Shown one piece after another: positions 9,701 through 18,168 of a stretch of 44,017 nt of DNA. Below the pieces are notes generated by a model. The model was not told the DNA's origin, did no database searches, and saw only the letters and a list, made by a program, of their open reading frames with translations. The DNA lies in IMG/VR virus record IMGVR_UViG_3300040985_001292, positions 1 to 44,017 of that record; one strand, given 5' to 3'. Numbering within the stretch: the first letter of the stretch is position 1; each line of letters begins with the position of its first letter. Position numbers and translations under genes: made by a program. This DNA is from a virus (taxonomy: Duplodnaviria; Caudoviricetes).

Positions 9701-12700
9701 GGGTGACTTTACATATCTCAATACTGATGTCAGGGTCACAGATCAGCTTGATGTTACTAATACGGGTACCGGGCCGGCTATAATAGTAAACCAAACAGGT
9801 TCAAACGATATAGTACAATTTAAGGATGATGGTACACCAGTCTTTACGATTGTTAACGGTGGAGACATTAACGTCAAAGCTGGTGCAACAATAGACGGTA
9901 GAGACATATCAGCTGATGGTACTACACTTGATGCTGCAATTGTTGAATTTAGAGATGATATAACAAACGTAGCTAATACATCCGCCAATTGGGATAATGT
10001 ATATTCCGATTTTAAGATTAATAGTGCAGGTTGGAATACAGGCACTTCAAGTATCGTTACGGTTGGTACAATTGGTACGGGTACATGGAACGGAAGTGCA
10101 ATTGCTGATGCTTACATTAGTTCATCATCCAATTGGAATACAGCTTATTCGAAGTCAGGTACTAATGAGACAAATATTGCCGCTGTTGTAGCGGACATGA
10201 CGACTGTCGCTAATAACTCAGGCGACTGGAGCTGGGCTCATGCAAACAGTCTCTCAGGTACTGATAACTGGAATTGGGCTCATGCTAACTCGGTAAGTGG
10301 TACTGACGGTTGGAATTGGGCTCATGCAAACAGTCTCTCAGGTACTGACGTTTGGAATTGGACTCATGCAAACAGTCTCTCAGGTACTGATAACTGGAAT
10401 TGGGCTTACACAACTGTAGTAGCTACTTATTCTAGTTGGAATTGGGCTCATGCTAATGCCCTCTCTGGTACAGACAACTGGAATACAGCTTACACTGACT
10501 CTCAACTTAATAGAATAGATTTAACGAACGTAGCTAATACTAGTGCTAGTTGGGATTGGGCTCATGCAAATAGTTTAAGTGGTACGGACTTCTGGAACTG
10601 GGCTCATGCAAATGCGCTAAGTGGTACAGATATTTGGAATTGGGCTCATGCTAATGCCCTCTCTGGTACAGACAACTGGAATACAGCTTATACGAAATCA
10701 GGTACTAATGAAACAGCTATTGCCGCGGTTGTAGCAGACATGACGAATGTCGCTAATGCTAGCGGTGACTGGAATGGTACACATACAACGCTTAATGCGA
10801 ATAGCGGTAACTGGGCTGCATGGATTAATGCTAACACAAATGATATCACAGTTGCTCAAACTAACATTGCAGCTAATGCAGCTGATATTACAAATGTTGC
10901 TAATACTAGCGCTAATTGGGATTGGGCTCATGCAAATGCGCTATCAGGTACGGACTTTTGGAACTGGGCTCATGCTAATGCATTGTCTGGTACAGATATT
11001 TGGAACTGGGCTCATGCCAATAGTTTAAGTGGTACAGACTTCTGGAATTGGGCTCATGCTAATGCATTGTCAGGTACTGATAATTGGAATACAGCTTATA
11101 CCGATTCACAATTAAACAAAGCTGATGTAACCAATGTTGCTAATACCAGTGGGCTTTGGGATTCAACATACACGACTGTTCATGGATTCAGCGGTACTTG
11201 GAAGTCAACATACGAAGATGTCATTCTTCAAATCGATGAATGGAACAGTACATGGAGTACACTTACGGCTACTAGTGCTGATTGGGAGACAGCGTATGAG
11301 AAGATCATAACCCAGCAAGATGAATGGGATTCAACTTGGACTACCCTAACAGCTACTAGTGCTAGATGGGATTGGGCTCATGCAAATGCGCTAAGTGGTA
11401 CTGATTTGTGGAATTGGGCTCATGCTAATAGTTTAAGTGGTACAGACTTCTGGAATTGGGCTCATGCTAATGCATTGTCAGGTACGGATATATGGAATTG
11501 GGCTCATGCAAATGCTCTTTCTGGTACAGATATATGGAACACAGCTTATACCGATTCACAATTAAACAAAGCTGATTTAACCAATGTAGCTAATACTAGT
11601 GCTAATTGGAACTGGGCTCATGCAAATAGTTTAAGTGGTACAGATATTTGGAACTGGGCTCATGCAAATAGTTTAAGTGGTACAGATATTTGGAACTGGG
11701 CTCATGCCAATAGTTTAAGTGGTACAGACTTCTGGAATTGGGCTCATGCTAACGCACTCTCTGGTACAGATATATGGAATTGGGCTCATGCAAATGCGCT
11801 ATCAGGTACAGACTTATGGAACTGGGCTCATGCGAATGCGCTAAGTGGTACAGATAATTGGAACACAGCTTATACCGATTCACAATTAAACAAAGCTGAT
11901 ATTACAAATGTTGCTAATACCAGTGCTAGTTGGAACTGGGCTCATGCTAATGCATTGTCAGGTACAGATATATGGAACTGGGCTCATGCGAATGCCTTAA
12001 GCGGTACGGATAATTGGAACACAGCTTATACCGATTCACAATTAAACAAAGCTGATATAACTAATGTAGCTAATACCAGTGCTAGTTGGGATTGGGCTCA
12101 TGCAAATAGTTTAAGTGGTACAGACTTATGGAACTGGGCTCATGCTAATGCCTTAAGCGGTACGGATAATTGGAATACAGCTTATACTGACTCTCAACTT
12201 AATAGGATTGATTTAACTAATGTCGCTAATACCTCTGCAGGATGGGATGCTACTAAAGCTACGGTTGACCTTCAAAGTGGTGAATGGAATTCAACCTGGA
12301 CCACTCTTACAGCTAATAGTGCTAGATGGGCAACTAACGAAGCAAGTATTGCTACTCTTGAAGCAGATGTAACCAATGTTGCTAATACTAGCGGACTTTG
12401 GGATTCAACATATACCACTGTTCACGGATTTAGCGGTACCTGGAAATCAACATACGAAGATGTCATTCTTCAAATCGATGAATGGAACAGTACATGGAGC
12501 ACCCTTACAGCTACAAGCGCTGATTGGGAAACAGCGTATGAGAAGATCATAACGCAGCAAGAGGAGTGGGATTCAACTTGGACTACCCTAACAGCTACTA
12601 GTGCTAATTGGAATACAGCTTATACCGACTCGCAATTAAACAAAGCTGATATAACCAATGTTGCTAATGCTAGTGCTGGCTGGGATGCTACCAAGGCTAC

Positions 12701-15266
12701 AGTTGATTTGCAAAGCGGTGAATGGGATTCGACTTGGAACACCCTTACAGCTAATAGTGCTAATTGGAATACAGCTTATACTGACTCTCAGCTGAACAAA
12801 GCTGATATAACGAACGTAGCTAATACTAGTGCTGGTTGGAACTGGGCTCATGCTAATGCATTGTCAGGTACTGATTTGTGGAACTGGTCTCATGCTAATG
12901 CTCTCTCTGGTACAGATAATTGGAACACAGCTTATACGGACTCTCAGCTGAACAAAGCTGATATAACGAACGTAGCTAATACTAGTGCTGGTTGGGATTC
13001 GACAAAGACAACTGTTGATGCTGGAGCGTCTAATTGGAATACAGCGTACACTGACTCACAATTAAACAAAGCTGATATAACCAATGTTGCTAATACCAGT
13101 GCTGGTTGGGATTCGACTAAGACTACAGTTGATAGTGGTAATGCTAATTGGGACACTGCTTACACTGACTCTCAGCTTAATAAGATTGATATAACTAATG
13201 TTGCTAATGCCAGTGCTAATTGGGATTGGGCTCATGCAAATAGTTTAAGTGGTACTGATTTGTGGAACTGGTCTCATGCTAATGCTCTCTCTGGTACAGA
13301 TAATTGGAACACAGCTTATACGGACTCTCAGCTGAACAAAGCCGATATAACGAACGTAGCTAATACGAGCGCTGGTTGGGATTCGACAAAGACAACTGTT
13401 GATAGTGGTAATGCTAATTGGAACACAGCGTACACTGACTCACAATTAAACAAAGCTGACATAACGAACGTAGCTAATACTAGTGCTAATTGGAATACAG
13501 CTTATACGAGGTCAGGTACTAATGAGACAAATATTGCCGCTGTTGTAGCGGATATAACTAATGTTGCTAATGCCAGTGCTAATTGGGATTGGGCTCATGC
13601 TAATGCATTGTCAGGTACAGATTTCTGGAATTGGGCTCATGCTAATGCTTTAAGTGGTACTGATTTGTGGAATTGGGCTCATGCTAATGCTCTCTCTGGT
13701 ACAGATAATTGGAATACAGCGTACACTGACTCACAATTAAACAAAGCCGATATAACTAATGTCGCCAATGCTTCTGCTGGTTGGGATTCGACTAATACGA
13801 CAGTTTTTGATAACAGTGCTTCATGGAGTGCCGGTGGTGGTGGTAGTTTTAACTCGAGTTTAATCGCATCAACTAGCGGTACTTGGAATACAGCTTACAT
13901 TGACTCTCAGCTTAATAAGATTGATTTAACTAATGTTGCTAATACCTCTGCAGGATGGGATTCGACTAAGACTACAGTTGATAGTGGTAATGCTAATTGG
14001 AATACAGCTTACATTGACTCTCAGCTTAATAAGATTGATTTAACGAACGTAGCTAATACTAGTGCTAATTGGAATACAGCATATACACACTCACAAGCAT
14101 CTCATGCACCAGCTGGAGCACAAGCTAACGAGTCCTCGTTTAAGACAATTTCTGTTCTCGGTCAATCTGATATCGTAGCGGATACTACTACAGATACATT
14201 ATCAGCAATGGCTGGTGATAACATGACAATCACCACACGTGCTGGTACGGATACTATTGTCTTTGCTGCCACTGATACCAATACGACATACACAGCTGGA
14301 GACGGTCTATTACTAACTAGTACTACATTTAGTGCACCATTTTGGACGACAGTTAATACTAACAGCGCTGATTGGGATTGGGCTCATGCAAATGCTTTAA
14401 GTGGTACGGATAATTGGAACACAGCTTATACCCATTCGCAGGCATCTCATGCCCCGACCGGTGCACAAGCAAATGAATATTCGTTCAAGACTATTACATT
14501 AAGTGGCCAAACTGTAGGTACTGCTATAGGTGCTGACGTTGTTGCAGACTCTGTAACAGATACTTTAATTCTCAGTGCTGGTCCGAACATTGCACTAATA
14601 TCTGATCCAGCGACCGATACGATTACTATCTCAGCACAAGCGGGCGGCGGTAGCGGTGGTGACAGTACGACCTCTGCTGTTGCTAATTCAGCACGTGAAG
14701 TATCTCAGACTATCACAGTGACTAACGCGCTGAGTACTGGTCGGGTTGTGACAGTGGCTGAAAATGGCACATATCAACTAGCTAGTGCCAATTCATCATT
14801 AAGTGCATCGGTTGTTGGTGTTGTTAGAAAAGCATCAAGCGCAGCATTTGAGATAGTACATGCCGGGTTATTACCGTGGTCGAGTCACGGATTTACAATC
14901 GGTAATACCCTATACCTATCTGATCAAGCTAATAGTATTGGCGGGTTAACCGAGACAGAACCTACTACGGTTGGTTCAATAAGCAAACCAATTGCTATAA
15001 CACAGGATGCTAATAATATCGTCGTACTACCGCTCAGAGGTATTGAAGTTAGAACAATAACTGGTAGCTCAGGGGATAGTAGTAGTAGTGGTGGGCATAC
15101 AGTACAATTAGATGGCTCAGATACAACTCAGCGCACAAACTTAAATTTTGTCACGACGGGTGGCACTGACCGTGTCAAGGTTGAGGATAGCTCGGGTACA
15201 GATACAACAACAGTTACCGTCCCTAACGCTTTTGATATGATGATGATTTCAGAGATATTCCGTTGA
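6762..15266 (+). CDS. Giant repeat-rich tail fibre/adhesin-like protein (2834 aa)
   Basis: Trp-periodic repeats, GNVGIGT and GTIGTGTWQG fibre motifs; AATAAATA at 6712-6719. Confidence 0.8.
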   Translation: MATKKTPFVVKNGLEIASGQPVNMSSSTLSVSAVSGSPVFYPSGSLTYGASGHFEGSLTGTAYLTNATILNFKAASAGTTFQTGADGYGLSGTLHGGFSGLAHLTNGSTAYTKDPSDVSTAIATTEFVSDVITGTGQLTPALCARWDDAVDDITAISNASGNWDTTYTRVASAHNSWDIAAADVTIIAGASADWNSVYSTVSVTSANWSTTYADVTRQIDEWNSTWNTLTATSAFWELNAADITNLANASAGWDSTKTVVDNNNAKWSYVADNSANAGSANSTYTTVNANSASWTANSADGHTLTQDISGEWDSAYTDLNANSANWDTTYTRVASAHNSWDKANTTLNANSGGWDSTKSTVDAGSTNWDAAYTDSQLNKIDITNVANASGDWGSTHTTVNVNSAQWALNAGDVTNLANASADWNNTHTTLGAYSAIWGAGASKWIEGSGKIYRLPGNVGIGTDEPNYKLDIVGNTQTVGDVRIIGDLTVSGGSSIFKITDKSLTINYGATVKSGAGAGIDVEENGVTTAYVRVSDDRKGWTLKEPNSGNTLTIDISSNRVLSVSGDMNIEPGLTKVNQDLTTDADTVQFTSLGLGAAPTPSMALTVAGAISATNVIHTSSGNSDDWQSTYTTLCTTSAGWNTGTTSLVTVGTIGTGTWQGTAIADGYISSASTWNAADAEFRADITNVANTSANWDNVYSDFKVNSGGWITGTSSIVTVGTIGTGTWNGSAIADGYISSASTWNAGIADITTLANNSAHWESTYTTLCTVSAGWVTGTTSLVTVGTIGTGTWNGSAIADGYISSASTWNAKQNALTFGIADTNAVKIDEGSVAEDDYAKFTADGLEGRSPTQVKSDLSLNNVENTALTTWAGSTNITTLGTIGTGTWQGTAIVDSYIDSASIWNATVADITNVANTSALWDSVYTSYHSNSSTGSTNNIPLFTSPEKIGNSIITQADDADGGPTITVAGSAVIQGDLTVQGDFTYLNTDVRVTDQLDVTNTGTGPAIIVNQTGSNDIVQFKDDGTPVFTIVNGGDINVKAGATIDGRDISADGTTLDAAIVEFRDDITNVANTSANWDNVYSDFKINSAGWNTGTSSIVTVGTIGTGTWNGSAIADAYISSSSNWNTAYSKSGTNETNIAAVVADMTTVANNSGDWSWAHANSLSGTDNWNWAHANSVSGTDGWNWAHANSLSGTDVWNWTHANSLSGTDNWNWAYTTVVATYSSWNWAHANALSGTDNWNTAYTDSQLNRIDLTNVANTSASWDWAHANSLSGTDFWNWAHANALSGTDIWNWAHANALSGTDNWNTAYTKSGTNETAIAAVVADMTNVANASGDWNGTHTTLNANSGNWAAWINANTNDITVAQTNIAANAADITNVANTSANWDWAHANALSGTDFWNWAHANALSGTDIWNWAHANSLSGTDFWNWAHANALSGTDNWNTAYTDSQLNKADVTNVANTSGLWDSTYTTVHGFSGTWKSTYEDVILQIDEWNSTWSTLTATSADWETAYEKIITQQDEWDSTWTTLTATSARWDWAHANALSGTDLWNWAHANSLSGTDFWNWAHANALSGTDIWNWAHANALSGTDIWNTAYTDSQLNKADLTNVANTSANWNWAHANSLSGTDIWNWAHANSLSGTDIWNWAHANSLSGTDFWNWAHANALSGTDIWNWAHANALSGTDLWNWAHANALSGTDNWNTAYTDSQLNKADITNVANTSASWNWAHANALSGTDIWNWAHANALSGTDNWNTAYTDSQLNKADITNVANTSASWDWAHANSLSGTDLWNWAHANALSGTDNWNTAYTDSQLNRIDLTNVANTSAGWDATKATVDLQSGEWNSTWTTLTANSARWATNEASIATLEADVTNVANTSGLWDSTYTTVHGFSGTWKSTYEDVILQIDEWNSTWSTLTATSADWETAYEKIITQQEEWDSTWTTLTATSANWNTAYTDSQLNKADITNVANASAGWDATKATVDLQSGEWDSTWNTLTANSANWNTAYTDSQLNKADITNVANTSAGWNWAHANALSGTDLWNWSHANALSGTDNWNTAYTDSQLNKADITNVANTSAGWDSTKTTVDAGASNWNTAYTDSQLNKADITNVANTSAGWDSTKTTVDSGNANWDTAYTDSQLNKIDITNVANASANWDWAHANSLSGTDLWNWSHANALSGTDNWNTAYTDSQLNKADITNVANTSAGWDSTKTTVDSGNANWNTAYTDSQLNKADITNVANTSANWNTAYTRSGTNETNIAAVVADITNVANASANWDWAHANALSGTDFWNWAHANALSGTDLWNWAHANALSGTDNWNTAYTDSQLNKADITNVANASAGWDSTNTTVFDNSASWSAGGGGSFNSSLIASTSGTWNTAYIDSQLNKIDLTNVANTSAGWDSTKTTVDSGNANWNTAYIDSQLNKIDLTNVANTSANWNTAYTHSQASHAPAGAQANESSFKTISVLGQSDIVADTTTDTLSAMAGDNMTITTRAGTDTIVFAATDTNTTYTAGDGLLLTSTTFSAPFWTTVNTNSADWDWAHANALSGTDNWNTAYTHSQASHAPTGAQANEYSFKTITLSGQTVGTAIGADVVADSVTDTLILSAGPNIALISDPATDTITISAQAGGGSGGDSTTSAVANSAREVSQTITVTNALSTGRVVTVAENGTYQLASANSSLSASVVGVVRKASSAAFEIVHAGLLPWSSHGFTIGNTLYLSDQANSIGGLTETEPTTVGSISKPIAITQDANNIVVLPLRGIEVRTITGSSGDSSSSGGHTVQLDGSDTTQRTNLNFVTTGGTDRVKVEDSSGTDTTTVTVPNAFDMMMISEIFR
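10228..14420 (+). repeat. In-frame 42-bp (14-aa) repeats W[AST]HAN[AS]LSGTDxWN interleaved with TAYTDSQLNKADITNVANTSA blocks
   Basis: About 34 copies by hand count; DNA differences mostly at third codon positions. Confidence 0.92.
11124..12605 (+). repeat. ~240-bp direct duplication (11124-11363 and 12366-12605)
   Basis: Both encode DVTNVANTSGLWDSTYTTVHGFSGTWKSTYEDVILQIDEW...TLTATSA with a single D/E difference. Confidence 0.85.
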
Positions 15267-15296
15267 TAGATGAGAATACAAATATAAGTACATAAT

Positions 15297-15674
15297 ATGG
15301 CAGCATTAACAAAACATTTACTTAGTGAGATAGAAGCGATTAGTGGTAGAAGGTTTGTGATAAGCTCAACTGCAGCAAGTGCGGCGAATGTTTTTCATGT
15401 AACCCCGGATACGACTGGAATTGACGAAATGTGGGTATATGCGCATAACTATGGAGCAAGCGATGCGCAGGTATCGTTCATGTGGGCAATGACATCCATG
15501 CCGTCAACAAGTGCGACAACTATACAGGAGGGAGTCGACATAACAATTCCATATAAATCCGGGCGCGCATTAGTATTTGATGGCACGTTAATGCCTCACG
15601 GCTTATCGGCAGCTGCCTACTCTACTATAGCCAGTACGATTTCTATTGATGGGTTTGTCAATAGGATTACGTAA
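15297..15674 (+). CDS. Small tail-associated beta-rich hypothetical protein
   Basis: 125-aa ORF in fibre cluster, DEMWVYA motif; TATAAGTA 6 nt upstream. Confidence 0.65.
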   Translation: MAALTKHLLSEIEAISGRRFVISSTAASAANVFHVTPDTTGIDEMWVYAHNYGASDAQVSFMWAMTSMPSTSATTIQEGVDITIPYKSGRALVFDGTLMPHGLSAAAYSTIASTISIDGFVNRIT

Positions 15675-18163
15675 TGCCATCTATATTACCTACTTTAGGA
15701 AACACGGCGGGTCAGCAATGGGACCTTACACGTCTATCATTCCACGGTCTCAGTAACGCAGCGGGAGTCTTTGAAAATGCTTCTGATTGTGAGCCGGATG
15801 ACGCGAGAACCTGTACCGGTGGTGCGGCTCCAGCAAGTGTATCTGTACCTACTCAAGGGATGGCTGGCCATGGGGGCCCATCATGTAGCCCGAATATGAA
15901 CTGGACGTTCGGTCACCGGTCCGAAGGTCCCTGGGGACCACCGACCGGGGCAGATGTTTTTGTCGGTGGGATATCAAAGGAACCGCTGTTTACTTCGACG
16001 TATGTGCTAGAGGGAGCCACTGACCCTGACCCAGGTGAAGATCAGGAGTGGGAAACAACGTCAAGATCATATTACGCTGCCATATGGTGGAATGCAGTTC
16101 AAAATTCTCAAGCTATGGAGCCTGAGACTCTACGGTACCCTGAAGATGAAACTGGCATCTGGATAACAGTTCAGCTTATGAGCAGGCCTCGGTACGGCGA
16201 TGGTTCGATCGGATCTGGTGCCGCGGCGGTGGGAGACATGATTGCATTTCAAGGTTACAAAACTGCAACCAGCATGAGCGAAGGTTACCCGATCTTTGGT
16301 GGCGGTGTACGCTTTGGTATGTATGCCCATGAGGAGTGTACGCAAGGTATTTATTTACAAACAATTATAGCGATGGACGCCCATTCCGGGACAGCGAAAT
16401 CCGCGGTGCCCATGCACTGTCGGCGGGCGGCCGCGGACTGTTCCGTGCCCTCGAATTGGGGAACTAGTGGACCAGTATGTTACTTAGAATTCCACCCGCG
16501 CGCGCAGTTCACGCCGCGGCCATCCACTCCTCAAATTCCGAGACCCGGGCCCATGGGTGGAGGTGGTCAATGTGGCGGTACATGGCCATTAGGAAATGAG
16601 GGCACGAGGCCTTCACCACGGCCACAGCCTACAACAACACCACCAACAGGTGGCGGTGGTGGTGGCACATCAACAGAAAAGCCAATACTGAGTAGTGCGG
16701 ATTGTGGCTCTTGCTCGGTTACATCCAGGCCATTTCTTAGAGGTGCAGTTAATGGATCCGGTGTACCAACTACAGTCGAGATGTATAATACATCTAATTA
16801 CCCTTTATCAGGATTTACATCCGCAGTCAGAATGTCCATACGTGCCCCTATTAAGCAGTTCGGTTACCGTGTTGGGGATATATTTTTCTGGGCGGCAATT
16901 AATAATAGTGGCCAATTAAAGGGGCTGAGCGACCCAGTATACGTAGATAATACATCATCAGGAAGTGAGAGAACGCTTCTAGAGTGTAAACCAGCGTCAA
17001 CGACTAGTACTCTACCATCTACACCGGCATCAGCATTTGTTAAGTATGATTTAATACCAGTTTATGTGAGACGGACAACGGAAAACATAGCAGCTGCGAA
17101 TGCGGATAGCATATCCTGGTCTGAGCAAAGACTAATAGATCTAAAGAACAAAATAGGCACTATAGAGTTTAACCCGGTAACATTAACGTTTCAAAATGTT
17201 AATTTAACATCTCATAGCTTCTCGACGATATCAAGAACTATAACAGCTGCGAATTATGATCAGTCGGCAACTCCTTCAGTACTATATGTACCGTCAGATG
17301 GGTGGAGACCATTTAAGCCACTGATACTTAATGATGGTACGCAAAATATTGCATGGATAAATCAAGGGGCGAATTATACTAATAATAGCAGTATATGTTA
17401 CGATGTTGAATGGCTTACTGTAGAACCAGGTGTTTCGGGGTATGGTGACTCGACCGATATTATACCAGGTACTCTTGACGCTAGTCCGTCCTGGATGTAT
17501 ACAGCAAATACCCACGCTTTAACTGGTCATGTAGATACATATAGTTCGTTTCAAGGAGCAATAACAATGCAAAGGTCACTGTCTCGACCAAGAGACAGAC
17601 TGCCAGTAGCTAGCGGTCTCACAGGAGGTTCACAGCACTATGACCATCAACCTAGAAAATACACAACGTACCAAAATTCGAGAGCGAGTCAGCTTAAAGG
17701 TCTTAATAGTGGGCACACGTTTGCGTCTGGTGTGAATGAGCTGAGCGGTACCATATACAGTATAACTCCTAATAAGTATATACAGACTGATGACGTAATT
17801 ACTGTCGCAAGTAGAGTACAGACGGAGCATAACAGTAATGATTGGAACATAGCTGACTTCACTGACTTTCGTTCTCTGTCTGCGATCGACTTTGCGATGT
17901 TCTTAGCAACTATACCCAATACATTTAGTGTTAACTCGCCCCTGTCTGCAGACTACAAGGCACTTGAACTAATCGGGTTTTGTACATATAACGGAAGTTT
18001 GACGGCAGCTGACGGTAATCATTACTGTGCGGCTATCGCTCGGTCAAACTTACCGACATGGTGTACCCCAGTAACCGCGATAGGTGGTGAGTATGAAAAT
18101 TTCGTAGTATGTACATCAGGTTGTGATTTGGTACTACCATACATCACATATAAGAATAAATAA
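15674..18163 (+). CDS. Putative tail/receptor-binding protein, Cys/Pro/Gly-rich N-terminal half
   Basis: 829-aa ORF coupled (TAATG) to previous gene; PT/G-rich linker. Confidence 0.65.
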   Translation: MPSILPTLGNTAGQQWDLTRLSFHGLSNAAGVFENASDCEPDDARTCTGGAAPASVSVPTQGMAGHGGPSCSPNMNWTFGHRSEGPWGPPTGADVFVGGISKEPLFTSTYVLEGATDPDPGEDQEWETTSRSYYAAIWWNAVQNSQAMEPETLRYPEDETGIWITVQLMSRPRYGDGSIGSGAAAVGDMIAFQGYKTATSMSEGYPIFGGGVRFGMYAHEECTQGIYLQTIIAMDAHSGTAKSAVPMHCRRAAADCSVPSNWGTSGPVCYLEFHPRAQFTPRPSTPQIPRPGPMGGGGQCGGTWPLGNEGTRPSPRPQPTTTPPTGGGGGGTSTEKPILSSADCGSCSVTSRPFLRGAVNGSGVPTTVEMYNTSNYPLSGFTSAVRMSIRAPIKQFGYRVGDIFFWAAINNSGQLKGLSDPVYVDNTSSGSERTLLECKPASTTSTLPSTPASAFVKYDLIPVYVRRTTENIAAANADSISWSEQRLIDLKNKIGTIEFNPVTLTFQNVNLTSHSFSTISRTITAANYDQSATPSVLYVPSDGWRPFKPLILNDGTQNIAWINQGANYTNNSSICYDVEWLTVEPGVSGYGDSTDIIPGTLDASPSWMYTANTHALTGHVDTYSSFQGAITMQRSLSRPRDRLPVASGLTGGSQHYDHQPRKYTTYQNSRASQLKGLNSGHTFASGVNELSGTIYSITPNKYIQTDDVITVASRVQTEHNSNDWNIADFTDFRSLSAIDFAMFLATIPNTFSVNSPLSADYKALELIGFCTYNGSLTAADGNHYCAAIARSNLPTWCTPVTAIGGEYENFVVCTSGCDLVLPYITYKNK

Positions 18164-18168
18164 CTTAA

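Noticed and set aside
10228-14420. 42-bp repeats as a CRISPR array
   Set aside because: In-frame coding repeats with wobble variation, no unique spacers and no cas genes
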